Virus record (IMG/VR): IMGVR_UViG_3300018892_000001
Length of the DNA stretch: 64,000 bases
Direction: 5' to 3' (one strand)
From: an uncultured virus (IMG/VR IMGVR_UViG_3300018892_000001)
Taxonomy: Duplodnaviria > Heunggongvirae > Uroviricota > Caudoviricetes
The notes beneath the pieces are model-generated. The model was not told where the DNA came from and made no database searches. It was given only the letters and a program-made list of their open reading frames with translations. Both the position numbers and the translations under genes were made by a program. This document shows positions 39,562 through 49,786 of this stretch, piece after piece; positions within the stretch are counted from its first letter, which is position 1, and the number at the start of each line of letters is the position of its first letter.

Positions 39562-41076
39562 TCAATTAAGGACACGATATAAAAACTCAGTTCCGCCCCC
39601 ATAGTAGCGGTTCATCGAATCCAGGCTACCCCTCCACTTGAATTTAGCTTTACTTGAAGAGTTTGAAAGGACTTCCGAGCAGCCAGATGTCAAACAAACG
39701 CCTACATGAGCCTCATTTGGTGCGAACCAAATGTCCCCCGGCTGTGCCTCAGCTCGACTTACCTTTTTGCCGCGACCTTTTTGGAAAGCCTCAATCATTG
39801 AAGGGCAGTATACCCAGTTACTCCCCACCTTTTTAAGTCCTGCCGGCTCTATTGCGAACAAATTAACTGCCCACGCACACGCCTGATTGCCGCCCTCTGG
39901 ACCCGCCGAAGTATCTTTGAATTCTGCGGCAAGGGCGGCTTTTAAAATTCGTTGATTAATATCTCCGGCTGCGGGAGCTGATCCTGCGGCTGGTGTTGTC
40001 CCGGCAGCTTGGGCTTGCTGTCCGGCAGCGATTTGACCTGCATCACCAACTCCAAAGATCTGGGGCTTAGGTGCGTTTGGATCTGGTTTGTACGCAACCA
40101 AGTCGGCTTCTAGGGTACGACCAAAGTAGAAGGTGACTTCATCTACTGTGTAGCTACCATCCAAATCCTCCCCAAATCCTTTGCCCTCAAATGTCATTTG
40201 GGCATCTAATTTAAGGATGTCCGGTTGGGAAGATACATCAAGCTCACACCTTAATATGTGCGATCGCTGGTTATCCAAGGCGTGGATACCCAGAGCATAA
40301 GATAGGGCATCAAGTGGTGCGGTGGCACCGGTTCCGTTGAGGGTACGAGTAGCAGCACCGCCTGTATCGACACAACCTAGTCCGTAATTGGAGGGCATGG
40401 CGGCGGCTCCAACGGCATTGGGGTCTAGTCCAGACTTAAAATAGGCGTCAGCTTTCTCGCAAAACTCAAGTATTTCTCTCGTTCCAGGCTGAGTCGTGCT
40501 ACCGATGCGTCCAGGATGACCGGCATTAATAATACTTCGACAGTTTGCCCAGTCCCCTCTTTCGGCATAGGGGCGGATATCTGCATTGCCCATGCCGCCA
40601 CACCAATACCAACAAGCAATATCAGCAGATAATTCAGTATTTTGAAGAATGAGATCTGGATTGGCAACTAGATCTAGCTTGAAGTGTTTACCGGCTGCCC
40701 TGTAGCCATCATCGTTAGTAAGTTGGATAAAACCCCTACCCCTAAAGGGGTCGTAACGAAAAGGACCTCCTTGCTCTTTTATATTCCTCATATTGCACTC
40801 TGCCATCACATTTGACAGGAACCCAACAACCTGTCTCTTGCTGGTCATTCCAGCCTTCACCATCGATTTAGCAACAATAGGCCAGTTCTTTTCTGCATCT
40901 TTACGGTTGACTTTGCTTCTGTAAATATGCATGATGTCATCCACACTGGGGTACAGCGCGGGAGCGGCTTTAGTTGGCGTCGTTCCACTGGCTGCATCAG
41001 GGGTAGCAGGGGTTGTTCCGGTTGCGGGGGTTGCGGGGGTGGTAGCAGTGGGAGTTAGGGGTTTAGTTTCAGGCAT
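39562..41076 (-). CDS. Virion-associated peptidoglycan hydrolase: GH19 lysozyme + hub-like segment + NlpC/P60/CHAP-like domain
   Basis: GH19 motifs FRGRGFIQLT, LVANPDLI, ACWYW, IINAG. GFGEDLDGSYTVDEVTF resembles a baseplate-hub C-terminus. C-terminal ACAWAVN..AQPGDI..HVGV. Confidence 0.85.
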   Translation of the reverse strand: MPETKPLTPTATTPATPATGTTPATPDAASGTTPTKAAPALYPSVDDIMHIYRSKVNRKDAEKNWPIVAKSMVKAGMTSKRQVVGFLSNVMAECNMRNIKEQGGPFRYDPFRGRGFIQLTNDDGYRAAGKHFKLDLVANPDLILQNTELSADIACWYWCGGMGNADIRPYAERGDWANCRSIINAGHPGRIGSTTQPGTREILEFCEKADAYFKSGLDPNAVGAAAMPSNYGLGCVDTGGAATRTLNGTGATAPLDALSYALGIHALDNQRSHILRCELDVSSQPDILKLDAQMTFEGKGFGEDLDGSYTVDEVTFYFGRTLEADLVAYKPDPNAPKPQIFGVGDAGQIAAGQQAQAAGTTPAAGSAPAAGDINQRILKAALAAEFKDTSAGPEGGNQACAWAVNLFAIEPAGLKKVGSNWVYCPSMIEAFQKGRGKKVSRAEAQPGDIWFAPNEAHVGVCLTSGCSEVLSNSSSKAKFKWRGSLDSMNRYYGGGTEFLYRVLN

Positions 41077-41301
41077 ATGAACAAAAAAAATGGCGCATTG
41101 TTAGTGCGCCCCGGTGTAGGTTGTTTGTTTTTAGCTGTCAATGAAATTGTGCCATAGTGCTGGAAAAAAATCTAACACCCCCACAAACAGAAACTCCCCA
41201 GACTTGTTAAAGTCCAGGGAGTTTCTGTGTCCACCTTGCAAATTTAAAATTACGCTTTTGCTGTCAATAAAAGTGCGCCATTTCTCTACGGTGTGCTTCT
41301 C

Positions 41302-41400
41302 TTAGTTTTTCAAAGTCCATTGCTCGAACCCAGGTGGTTTGGGATAAAGGCGTCTCTTTTCGGCATCTAATTTTGATATTTGCCAGCATTCCGCAAACAT
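41302..41400 (-). CDS. Possible 32-aa peptide
   Basis: MFAECWQISKLDAEKRRLYPKPPGFEQWTLKN*, with a purine-rich upstream sequence. Confidence 0.3.
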   Translation of the reverse strand: MFAECWQISKLDAEKRRLYPKPPGFEQWTLKN

Positions 41401-41743
41401 TAAATACCTATTTCTTTCCTTTTATTGCTTAATCCCATTGTAACTTAATAGTAATGTATATGCAAGTATATTGAGGTAATCTGACACAAAATACAATCTC
41501 GCTACACATCCAAAACAAAAGCCACTGACATAAAGTCAATGGCTTTTCATTTAAGCTAGCTACCTATTACCTATTATCCCCCACTTCGTACTCATCACGG
41601 TTCTCCGTGATGAAGTCCAAAACAAGTTTCGTACTAGCAAAAACACTCATTACAGAACCCATTGTTGCGAAATACACTCAGAAAGGTGGAGTTTCCTCTG
41701 CCCAGTGATAGGCAAAATAAGAGAAATCTATCTTTGTTGAAAC

Positions 41744-41941
41744 ATGGATCATTGCCCAGAATTCAAAAAAGTAATTTCGTTAGTTGGGAAGATGGCACAG
41801 ACTCTCAGGTTATATGCCGATGGGCATGAGGAGCCAGGAGTAGCTCAACGAATGCTAAGAGAATACGATCGCACAATTGAGCAGTTAAGACATCCGCAAG
41901 AACATGATCGTGCTAGTCCAGTAGGACGCGATCGCTGTTAG
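41744..41941 (+). CDS. Small hypothetical protein
   Basis: 65 aa, preceded by a CAGTGATAGGC element that is repeated at 41958. Confidence 0.5.
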   Translation: MDHCPEFKKVISLVGKMAQTLRLYADGHEEPGVAQRMLREYDRTIEQLRHPQEHDRASPVGRDRC

Positions 41942-42006
41942 GGCTTCCGTATTTTCTCAGTGATAGGCGAGAATAGGGAAAACTATTCGCCTCAAAATGC
42001 TCGACC

Positions 42007-42571
42007 GCTAGTACTAACGGAAAGAATGGGCATCTAAGTATTACCAATTTAGGTAAAATTCAGATGCGTGGTCAAGCAAGAACTTGGGGGACACCAACAA
42101 CTTGTACGATTCTTTTTCGTAACGGGAAGTGGTTTACTTCTATTACGGTTCAGTGTGTTCCAGTACGAAGTACAAGCACGGATTCAGTTGGCATTGATTT
42201 AGGTTGCAAAGAGGCAATTACCTTATCAACTGGAGAGAAGATAGCCAAACCTGACTTTATCAAAGAAGGTCGGGTCAAGGTAAAGGTTGCGTCCAAAAAT
42301 CTACGCCGTAAGCGCTCACCTAACTGGAAAAAGAAGGTCAAGGCTTCACGCAGATGGAAGAAAGAACGCAACAAAGTTTCTCAATTACAGAGGAAGGTAA
42401 CTCGCCAGAGAGAGGATTGGTTGCATAAAACCACTAGCAATATAGTGAGCAGTAATAGCCTAGTTGCTGGGGAAGAGTTGAACGTTAAGGGCATGACCGC
42501 CAAAGCCAAGAAGGGTAAACGCAAAAAGCAGAAAGCTGGTTTAAATCGTTCTATCCTAGATGTTGGCTTCG
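42007..42571 (+). pseudogene. tnpB: Internal fragment of IS200/IS605-family TnpB
   Basis: ASTNGKNGHL..KIQMRGQARTWG..VGIDLG (RuvC I)..AGEELNVKGM (RuvC II)..GLNRSILDVGFG. No N-terminus, zinc finger or RuvC III. Confidence 0.85.
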
Positions 42572-42796
42572 GAGCAAGCCTACTACCAACAGGAAATAAA
42601 CGATCTAAAAACTTACAATCGACAGTATTCTGAACTAATAGAGAAATTTCAAGAGAAGGCAGCTCAAGCGGAAGATTGTTTTCAAAGGTTGGCGCAAGAA
42701 AACACACACCTTCGCGCCCATTTAGAACAATCTCAGGCAATGTATGCTCAACTTCTGAAGGTCGTCGAAGGTGCGATCACGGCAAAAGAAACTTAA
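42572..42796 (+). pseudogene. Coiled-coil gene whose start (ATG 41997) is separated by the tnpB fragment
   Basis: EQAYYQQEINDLK...; removing 563 bp joins ATG CTC GAC in frame. Confidence 0.5.
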
Positions 42797-42819
42797 CAAA
42801 GTCGTCCCAGCTAAACAAT

Positions 42820-42862
42820 AAGAAAAGCCGCAAGACAATTGAATTGTCTTGCGGCTTTTCTT
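42820..42862. terminator. Bidirectional terminator
   Basis: AAGAAAAGCCGCAAGACAATT-G-AATTGTCTTGCGGCTTTTCTT. Confidence 0.85.
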
Positions 42863-42881
42863 GTTACTGTTAATATTTAAC

Positions 42882-44498
42882 TTATCCTACGCTTAAGAAA
42901 AGTGGAGTTTCAATCGCTCTTTTTTGTAGCTCCTTCAACTTCTCAACCCCCTTAACCGTTATCCGAATCCGATGAGTTTTCCTCTTCTTTATATCGTCGC
43001 CCTCACCCTCAGCAGGAGAATACTCTAAAAGCCCTTCTCGAATTGACTCATTAACATTATGGCTAAATGCTGCTTTCCATTTAGGATTAGAGTTGTTGCC
43101 TGTATTCTCAATCAATTCTTTGTCTTGTTCAGTGAACGATAAACTCTTCTCTGCCTCCTCATACAATTCCCGTCGAGTCATAGCTTTAGTACTGAACAGA
43201 GCTAAAACTTGAGATAGCAATCTCTCAACATACCCTTTAGACAGGGAAATGGGATGTGACTGAGTTTTTGATTTCTTCAGACCAGGGAATGAGAGAGACT
43301 TGGCGGTTTTAGGTACTTCCTTGAAAGGAAGTGTTTCCAGCTTGCTGGTTGCTTCTCTGGCTTTTTCTCGACCCAGTACAGTAAGTTGATAAACCACTTC
43401 GCAACTACCTAAATTAGAGGGTTCCTCATAAGCCTCTACCAATCCATCTTCGGTCAATAACTCCAAGCAAAGATTGTATCCAACTATCCAACTCCACACA
43501 CATATAGAAGTGTCAGGAGCCTGGAAAATCACTGAAGAACCCGCTACAGACCAGCCCCGCTCATCGAAATGGAAGGTTTCACTACCTTTCCGAGCAATAA
43601 AGGTTTCTGATTTTGGCTCATCAAATTGGAACAGTATGTAGAGTATTTGATCGCGAAATTGCTTGTAATACTCCCCAGCATCGAAGATGTTGATCCTAGC
43701 TTGTCGAGCTTTTTTCTTTCTTAGTTCATTCCATGTTGTCGAGATTTTAAATGCCTCCTCAGCATTCCCTTCCGTAACAGCTTGTTGTAAATTTGCCTGA
43801 AGCAATTCGTCTACCTTTTCTATGGTCAGGCAATCAATAATCGCATCATTCAAGAAAATATTATTACCCATCGGTCTTTCCTCTTTTAAACTAACTTGAT
43901 CTGCTACTATATATCCTTCTAATCGCACCTGTGGATGCTCAATAACCTCCCACGTCCCTTTCCCCCCATAAAACTCTACGCACCAGTTGCGAATGGTTGC
44001 CGTAAGAGATCGCGCACCAAACCACCACGAAACAGGAATGCCTGCTTTGAGATAATCATTAGTTCGCGACTGCAATCCATTCTTGCCGCGCACGATGATT
44101 GGGGAAAGTTGGCATTCGTAGGCGGCAAGGATTGTTTCCCCCCTAATCGCCGCCACATCGGCAATGCGCTGCCTCTTCTCCAATCCCTTCTCAAGTTGAA
44201 TTCGAGCATCCGGGAAAAGGGACAGGAGTCGCTCACCCAACAATTTCTTTCCCAGTTCATGTTCGGGGGAAACTTGGCTAATAGAAGCTAATTTTGTGTA
44301 GCACTGGGAGTTGGGTTTGTGACAGAAATGATCTACCCACCCAGCCCGCTGCCGAAGGTAAACTTGGCAATGGCAATCCGGGCATTCCCATTGGTCATCA
44401 TCGCCCGGATTAGAGGCAGCGATCGGCTCCTTAAATCCTGTAACAATAGCTCGTTGCATTGCGCTTGTTTTTTTGCGTCCAATTAGATATTCGCACAA
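42882..44498 (-). CDS. CoiA-like PD-(D/E)xK nuclease fused to C-terminal winged-helix (Mrr_N-like) region
   Basis: CPDC..HFCH..C, SPEHELGK, RIADVA, YECQLSPI, RTNDY..GIPV.WWF; C-terminal RRELYE..PKWKAAFSH..GLLE..ITVKG. Confidence 0.75.
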   Translation of the reverse strand: MCEYLIGRKKTSAMQRAIVTGFKEPIAASNPGDDDQWECPDCHCQVYLRQRAGWVDHFCHKPNSQCYTKLASISQVSPEHELGKKLLGERLLSLFPDARIQLEKGLEKRQRIADVAAIRGETILAAYECQLSPIIVRGKNGLQSRTNDYLKAGIPVSWWFGARSLTATIRNWCVEFYGGKGTWEVIEHPQVRLEGYIVADQVSLKEERPMGNNIFLNDAIIDCLTIEKVDELLQANLQQAVTEGNAEEAFKISTTWNELRKKKARQARINIFDAGEYYKQFRDQILYILFQFDEPKSETFIARKGSETFHFDERGWSVAGSSVIFQAPDTSICVWSWIVGYNLCLELLTEDGLVEAYEEPSNLGSCEVVYQLTVLGREKAREATSKLETLPFKEVPKTAKSLSFPGLKKSKTQSHPISLSKGYVERLLSQVLALFSTKAMTRRELYEEAEKSLSFTEQDKELIENTGNNSNPKWKAAFSHNVNESIREGLLEYSPAEGEGDDIKKRKTHRIRITVKGVEKLKELQKRAIETPLFLSVG

Positions 44499-44582
44499 AT
44501 ATTAAAAGTGTGATCGTATTTTTGTGATTAATTGCCGAACACGGGGAAGCAATTAAACTAGGAATAAATTATATGAGTTAAT

Positions 44583-45434
44583 TTGATGCCTCGTTCCTAC
44601 CGAGATATCGTAGCCTACGGCGATTTTAGTTTGCCGATGCTCACAGAAGGTCTATTTCTCCGAATAGGGAAAGACCATAAAGTAGAAGGAATTTTATTGG
44701 GTAGTGCTTCATTGAGGGCTGCTACAGACTTTGAGGCAGCAGGAACCGTAAAGGCTCACGAGACTTCAACCAATCATCCCTTGGCTACACCCTCAACGCC
44801 AGGATTAATGGCTGCCACCGACAAAGCTAAACTCAACGGCTTACCCTTATCAGCCGACGTACTCACTAAAACGGGAAACTTGTCCGATGTTTCCGATAAA
44901 CCTACTGCGAGGTCTAACTTGGGACTAGGTAGTGCGGCGATCGCCAACGCAACCGAATTTGAACCGCGTGGTATTACGGCAGCTCACGCAGCAGGTTCTG
45001 GTCCCGGTTCACACTTGCCAAGCGGAGGAATTTCTAACAGCGAAATAGCAGGAAATGCGGCGATCGCAGACTCTAAAATCAACTTTGCGATACCGGCTCG
45101 AATTTCCGCAACTTACGCAACCGGATGGAACACCCCAGCAGGCAATGACGGGGTATCTTTTCGGAAATTTGCCAACAAAATGGTTCAGCTTTCCGGCGTA
45201 GCGGCAAAGAGTACTTCTCCCAACAACAATGATTTGATCTGCACCCTTCCCGCTATCTGTCATCCCGACAGCATAGTTCGCTTCGTAATTTACGGCTCTA
45301 GTTCCCTTGGTATGTTGGTTCCGGCATTTTTAACAGTAGGGACAAATGGCGAAGTAAGACTTCTGCTAGGAGGAACGACACCCGCTCAATTCATAGCAAT
45401 TCCAAACAACTCCATATTCTTCGCGGCGCCTTGA
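44583..45434 (+). CDS. Tail fibre protein
   Basis: ATPSTPGLMAATDKAKLNG, KTGNLSDVSDKPTARSNLGLG, and a C-terminal receptor-binding-like FRK..MVQLSG..ICTLP..HP. Confidence 0.8.
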   Translation: MMPRSYRDIVAYGDFSLPMLTEGLFLRIGKDHKVEGILLGSASLRAATDFEAAGTVKAHETSTNHPLATPSTPGLMAATDKAKLNGLPLSADVLTKTGNLSDVSDKPTARSNLGLGSAAIANATEFEPRGITAAHAAGSGPGSHLPSGGISNSEIAGNAAIADSKINFAIPARISATYATGWNTPAGNDGVSFRKFANKMVQLSGVAAKSTSPNNNDLICTLPAICHPDSIVRFVIYGSSSLGMLVPAFLTVGTNGEVRLLLGGTTPAQFIAIPNNSIFFAAP

Positions 45435-45502
45435 TTCTTCGTCACGGAGAACCGTGATAGACAGTTCGTGCATCGTAACACCTCAAGGTAAAATGCTATG
45501 TG

Positions 45503-47785
45503 TTATCTCACGGGAACTCCCGTAAAAGAAATACCACCCATGCCTGGTTCTCTCTGATAGATTGCCGCGCTTACTAGCGAAAAACAAAGTGAATGGAACA
45601 GGTGATCAGGAGCACCTGGGGGTTCCAACCAAGTACCATCCGGCAATCTATCTGAACTCAATAAGTGTACAAATAAATTTGCATTATCCTTTGGGTTGTA
45701 TGTAGTCCCAGCCGGAAGATGCATTAGTCTTCGATAAATTTTGTCTCGCACCGCATCCAGCCCATAGGTTCTATCTAATACATAAACCGGAGCCAGATTT
45801 TCGCTGCCTTTAACTCGGCTACTATTTTTGGTACTTTTAATTTTCCTTAGGGTTCTGCGCCATTGATCACCCTTTAGCTTCATCTGATCAAATAAGTAAA
45901 CCTGGAAGCGGTGTCCATGCTTAACCTGCCCTGGTTGCCAATACTCATCCTCTGTCTCAAAAACAATAGATCCAGGTAGTTTTGACTGGAAGAAACGATC
46001 CACCTCCTTGATATCTAAGCTTCTTCCTGAAGCGGGGAAAAGCTTATATTCTGCACAATAAGTGCTTCCTGGTAAAATCCTATCTCCCTTCTCACTAAAA
46101 GCAGCCACCTTCCATCCATATCTTTGTAGGTAAGGTTCAAAGATGGGGATAGCTTTGGGATTAGTAACCTTAGCTGTACAAAACTGTGAATACAAAGGGC
46201 GCTGCCCTGGCAAATGCTTCAAGGCAAAGTCAACAGCATTGTTCCACTCCGGCTCAGAATCCATACCAATGACATCAATATTAAATTTCTGAGCAAGGTA
46301 TTCCAATTCATCAAAATCACCAATCTGCCGCCAATCTACAACCTCCATTCGCCCATCCAGCCATTTAAAGTCTGGGTCTTGTGCATCAGAGAACCAGTAC
46401 TTCGCTATAGTGAGCCAGTGAGAATATTTTCCAACATCTAACCCAGCGACAACAATGTCAGCTTCCCGTTCAAGAGGCACAGGTAAGCCCACACACGCCT
46501 GGAGTTGGGAGAGGGCAATCTTTCCTCCACCAAGGCTGATTGCCTTGCCCAGCATCTCTTGGATTCCAAGGGCGGGGCGCTTTGTAGTCCACATAAACCT
46601 GATGCGTTCTACTGGATCAAACGTCCAACTAGCCAGCTTTGGTAGGTGCATGGCGACAGCTTCTCGCACCGCCTCTTGGTTCTCCAAAGTATGGCGATTA
46701 AGATCCTTCAGTGTCATTCCTGTGTTGGTACAGACGAACTCCCCTGCATCTAACGCTTCCTTTTCCAGTTCAATCTCACAATCTTGGCATCCAATGTATG
46801 CCGTTGCGATCGCCTCATCTTTAGCGTGATCTTGTAACTGCCAATCCTCTACTTCTGGTGGATTATCCGAGTAATGGAACCACCTGAGAGGTCGTCCCAT
46901 ACGGTCTACATACCGTATCTCAGTGATTCCATCCTCGGTCACTTCCACAGCCTTAAGAAAATTGCCGAAAGCATCTAGGAATTGGGTGCAGTTGCAGGTA
47001 GGACAGGTAACCTGCCACTGGAAGATGTATTTAGCCTTCCGCACCTCGGTATCAACTAGCCCCCCTTCCATCGCGGGCGTACTACCTGCTCGTATCACTT
47101 TGGTTGCCCACCGAGATTGCCCGAATCGGGGAGCCAAGGCGTCTAGAATTCCGTTCCCGCATAAACCAAATTCATCCACGCAGGCAATACGAGTGGTAAA
47201 CGAACGCAGTCCAGAGGCAGCCTGCTCGTCATCTTTGGAGGCTTCAACTTTGGAGTAGAAGAGTTCCAGCGGGACACCTGCCACAGTAATAGACTGCTTG
47301 GCGTCAATATCTTGGCGCTTGTAGATTCGTTGACTCTCTCTAGATAAGGCTTTGAGGGGTTCGCACTTATCAAATGCCACCTGGATGCGCTCACCTGCCA
47401 TCTTGGTCATCTTGCGTTGTGCTTCAAATCCGAGGGCAATAGGCGATCGGAGGTAGGACAGAGAGAAGGCGCAGAGGGCGATCAAGATCTCACTGTAGCC
47501 GCATTGTGCTTGCTTCGATATTATTAAGCGCTCTAGCCAAGGATTCGCGAAAACGAGCGCAAACTGATAATAAAAAGCCTCATCCCAACTTAATTTTTCC
47601 CCTGAATGGGTTCGGTAATTCTTGCTAACCCAAGCAATAAACAGCTCTCCCCCCTTCTCGTACCACTCTTGAACGGCTAAGTCGCGCTTGGATGAGGTTT
47701 CTTCAATAAACTTGTCACTCTCACTTTTATTACTCGTCTTGGCATTTTGAGCAACTTTGGTAACTGAACTAACTTTGTAAGCCAA
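45503..47785 (-). CDS. terL: Terminase large subunit (lambda GpA-like)
   Basis: Walker A-like KQAQCGYSE, Walker B CVDEF, GSTP coupling motif, CPTC/CQDC zinc ribbon, RNase H-like GLDVG, C-terminal DHLFH. Confidence 0.85.
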   Translation of the reverse strand: MAYKVSSVTKVAQNAKTSNKSESDKFIEETSSKRDLAVQEWYEKGGELFIAWVSKNYRTHSGEKLSWDEAFYYQFALVFANPWLERLIISKQAQCGYSEILIALCAFSLSYLRSPIALGFEAQRKMTKMAGERIQVAFDKCEPLKALSRESQRIYKRQDIDAKQSITVAGVPLELFYSKVEASKDDEQAASGLRSFTTRIACVDEFGLCGNGILDALAPRFGQSRWATKVIRAGSTPAMEGGLVDTEVRKAKYIFQWQVTCPTCNCTQFLDAFGNFLKAVEVTEDGITEIRYVDRMGRPLRWFHYSDNPPEVEDWQLQDHAKDEAIATAYIGCQDCEIELEKEALDAGEFVCTNTGMTLKDLNRHTLENQEAVREAVAMHLPKLASWTFDPVERIRFMWTTKRPALGIQEMLGKAISLGGGKIALSQLQACVGLPVPLEREADIVVAGLDVGKYSHWLTIAKYWFSDAQDPDFKWLDGRMEVVDWRQIGDFDELEYLAQKFNIDVIGMDSEPEWNNAVDFALKHLPGQRPLYSQFCTAKVTNPKAIPIFEPYLQRYGWKVAAFSEKGDRILPGSTYCAEYKLFPASGRSLDIKEVDRFFQSKLPGSIVFETEDEYWQPGQVKHGHRFQVYLFDQMKLKGDQWRRTLRKIKSTKNSSRVKGSENLAPVYVLDRTYGLDAVRDKIYRRLMHLPAGTTYNPKDNANLFVHLLSSDRLPDGTWLEPPGAPDHLFHSLCFSLVSAAIYQREPGMGGISFTGVPVR

Positions 47786-47893
47786 CGTCTACAGCCTTTA
47801 TAGCACAAGGATTCTACGGTACAATACTAAGATACCCCCAGTTCTACTTTCGACGGGAAAACTGAGGGCAACCACCAAAAAGAAAGGCAGTAT

Positions 47894-48634
47894 ATGGCTA
47901 TTTTAGATTGGGAACGCTTTCATGCGCTACCTCCCCGCTCTGGGTTAACCGTGGTGTGCCAGTGCGATCAGTGTGGTCAGGAAATAAACGTACAAAAGTA
48001 TAAGCTTTACAGTTTCTACAAAGATGGCAGGATGAATTTCTACAAATCTGGGGAAGAGCCGCCAGAATTCTGTCCTAACTACAAAAGCTGCAAAGAATGC
48101 GCTAAGGGGCTCAATAAAGGTAGCAAAAGGAAACCTTTATCATCTGAAGCCAAGGAAGTACTAAGGAAGTACTGGACAGGGAGAAGAGTGGGTTCTAATC
48201 ACCCGTCATGGAACCCTGATCGTGAGGCAGTTGAGCGCAAGGCTAGAACCAAGAAGACAGCCAAGAATCTTATCTGGAACGCAATTATTCGTTGCAAACA
48301 GAAGAAAACTGATCGCACACACAAACTCTTAGGATACTCAGCAGAAGAATTGGTCAACCACCTCGAATCGCAGTTTACCGAGGGCATGGCTTGGGAAAAC
48401 ATCGCGGTTGACCACCGCATCCCGGTAAAGGCATTCATTGACCACGACATTGTAGATATGTCGATCATCAATCACCTGAGCAACCTGCAACCACTGTTTC
48501 GAGTGGACAATCTGAGGAAGGGCGATCGCTACCTCGAAGAAGATTTCCAAACCTACATGGCCCGGTTCTCCGACTTAATCACTGAAGCCTCAGCCTGTAA
48601 ATACGAGCAACTTTCGTTTCTCGACTTGCTGTAA
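47894..48634 (+). CDS. Free-standing HNH-type endonuclease
   Basis: CDQC zinc motif, NHPSWN, LLGYSAEELVNHLESQFTEGMAWEN..DHRIP..NHLSNLQPL..NLRKGD. Confidence 0.8.
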   Translation: MAILDWERFHALPPRSGLTVVCQCDQCGQEINVQKYKLYSFYKDGRMNFYKSGEEPPEFCPNYKSCKECAKGLNKGSKRKPLSSEAKEVLRKYWTGRRVGSNHPSWNPDREAVERKARTKKTAKNLIWNAIIRCKQKKTDRTHKLLGYSAEELVNHLESQFTEGMAWENIAVDHRIPVKAFIDHDIVDMSIINHLSNLQPLFRVDNLRKGDRYLEEDFQTYMARFSDLITEASACKYEQLSFLDLL

Positions 48635-48684
48635 GCTACCAAAGAGAAGCCCCCTAGATCTTGTTAGATCTAGGGGGCTTTTCA

Positions 48685-49479
48685 TCACGAAGATACGTAA
48701 TTTGCCCCAGACTGTTGAATTTTATCGGCTAGCCAATCATCGCCCTCGAACGTATTCCAGATAGGCTCCAAGTTCTCTCCTATCCCAGGAAGGAAAATAC
48801 CGTCCTCCTTCTCTGGTCGAACGTATTTAGTTAAAAAGTCAACAACCCAGTGGCGATCTTTACCTTTCTTCTTGTCTATTTTGTTGAAGCGTTCAACGCG
48901 CCAAATAGCGCCTTCAACAGGATCTATTGCGCCATGTCCTGAGGTAGAGATTGCCTCAATAGCCGACTCGACACTAAGAGGATCACCCATCTGGATTAGT
49001 CTTGGCATCACGAACAATCCGCCCACTCGCTTATCAAATTCTTCAAAATTGAGGCGAGTACAATTGCCTGACATAATGTCAAAAGCGACAAAAGGTTCGT
49101 GAGGCAATGCGTATCTCGTGCTGTGGGCTTGGATCAGCCATTCCCCACACAGACGCTCACCTTCACCCAATACTTCAAGAAATCGCTCCTGATGAAAAAA
49201 TACCCATTCAGCGAACAGAGAGTGCTGTAGGTAGGGAGAGGTGGAGGCTAGGAAGCCTAATCGCTGAACGGGATGGATTTTGCCATCTAGCTTTAAAACA
49301 CCTGTGTTACTACCATCGAGCTTCTCCTGGATCAGTATTCGGTCATACTCATCTCTCGCTTTCTCGGTAGCTATCCTTTGCATTCCATCATTGATCTTGC
49401 GATCGCCTGTTCCCATCCGGGAACCTTGGATGTGACCGATGGAACCGTAGTTCTTCCCTTCAAGTATTTTCGATTGCAT
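48685..49479 (-). CDS. RNA ligase (Rnl2-like nucleotidyltransferase)
   Basis: Motif I QEKLDGSN, III LCGEW, IIIa FVAFDI, IV VEGAIWR, V KYV. Confidence 0.85.
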   Translation of the reverse strand: MQSKILEGKNYGSIGHIQGSRMGTGDRKINDGMQRIATEKARDEYDRILIQEKLDGSNTGVLKLDGKIHPVQRLGFLASTSPYLQHSLFAEWVFFHQERFLEVLGEGERLCGEWLIQAHSTRYALPHEPFVAFDIMSGNCTRLNFEEFDKRVGGLFVMPRLIQMGDPLSVESAIEAISTSGHGAIDPVEGAIWRVERFNKIDKKKGKDRHWVVDFLTKYVRPEKEDGIFLPGIGENLEPIWNTFEGDDWLADKIQQSGANYVSS

Positions 49480-49539
49480 AATTTCTCCTTAATGTGCCTA
49501 TAAGTTATTGAGACTGGTGGGCGAAAGAGAGCGATCGCA

Positions 49540-49761
49540 CTACCTGAGCGTTACCTCCTTAATATCCTTATTCTCAAGGCGTACGCCAGCAGTTAATTTT
49601 CTAGCTCTTGCACTCATTTCTTGAGTATAAGGAACTAGTTTGGATTTATTGCCCAGGGCATCATTAACAAGAAAATCGAGAAACCGTCTCATTATTTGTG
49701 GCTCATACCAATCATCTCCTTGATGTTGGTCAACTAGAGGTCTTTGTTGTTTATCTTTCAT
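49540..49761 (-). CDS. Orphan PrlF/SohA-like antitoxin C-terminal domain
   Basis: FLDFLVNDAL..KLVPYT...ARKLTAGV resembles the PrlF C-terminus; no adjacent YhaV toxin. Confidence 0.55.
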   Translation of the reverse strand: MKDKQQRPLVDQHQGDDWYEPQIMRRFLDFLVNDALGNKSKLVPYTQEMSARARKLTAGVRLENKDIKEVTLR

Positions 49762-49786
49762 GCTAATTACAACAGTTTTATTGCAC

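Noticed and set aside
42064..42633. Functional TnpB/Cas12f-like nuclease
   Set aside because: Lacks the N-terminal domains, zinc finger and RuvC III; no omegaRNA or IS end visible.
1..45434. Extracellular contractile injection system (tailocin/eCIS) instead of a phage
   Set aside because: TerL, TerS-like and nrdJ genes indicate a DNA-packaging, replicating phage; capsid genes are not in this window, so this is not fully excluded.
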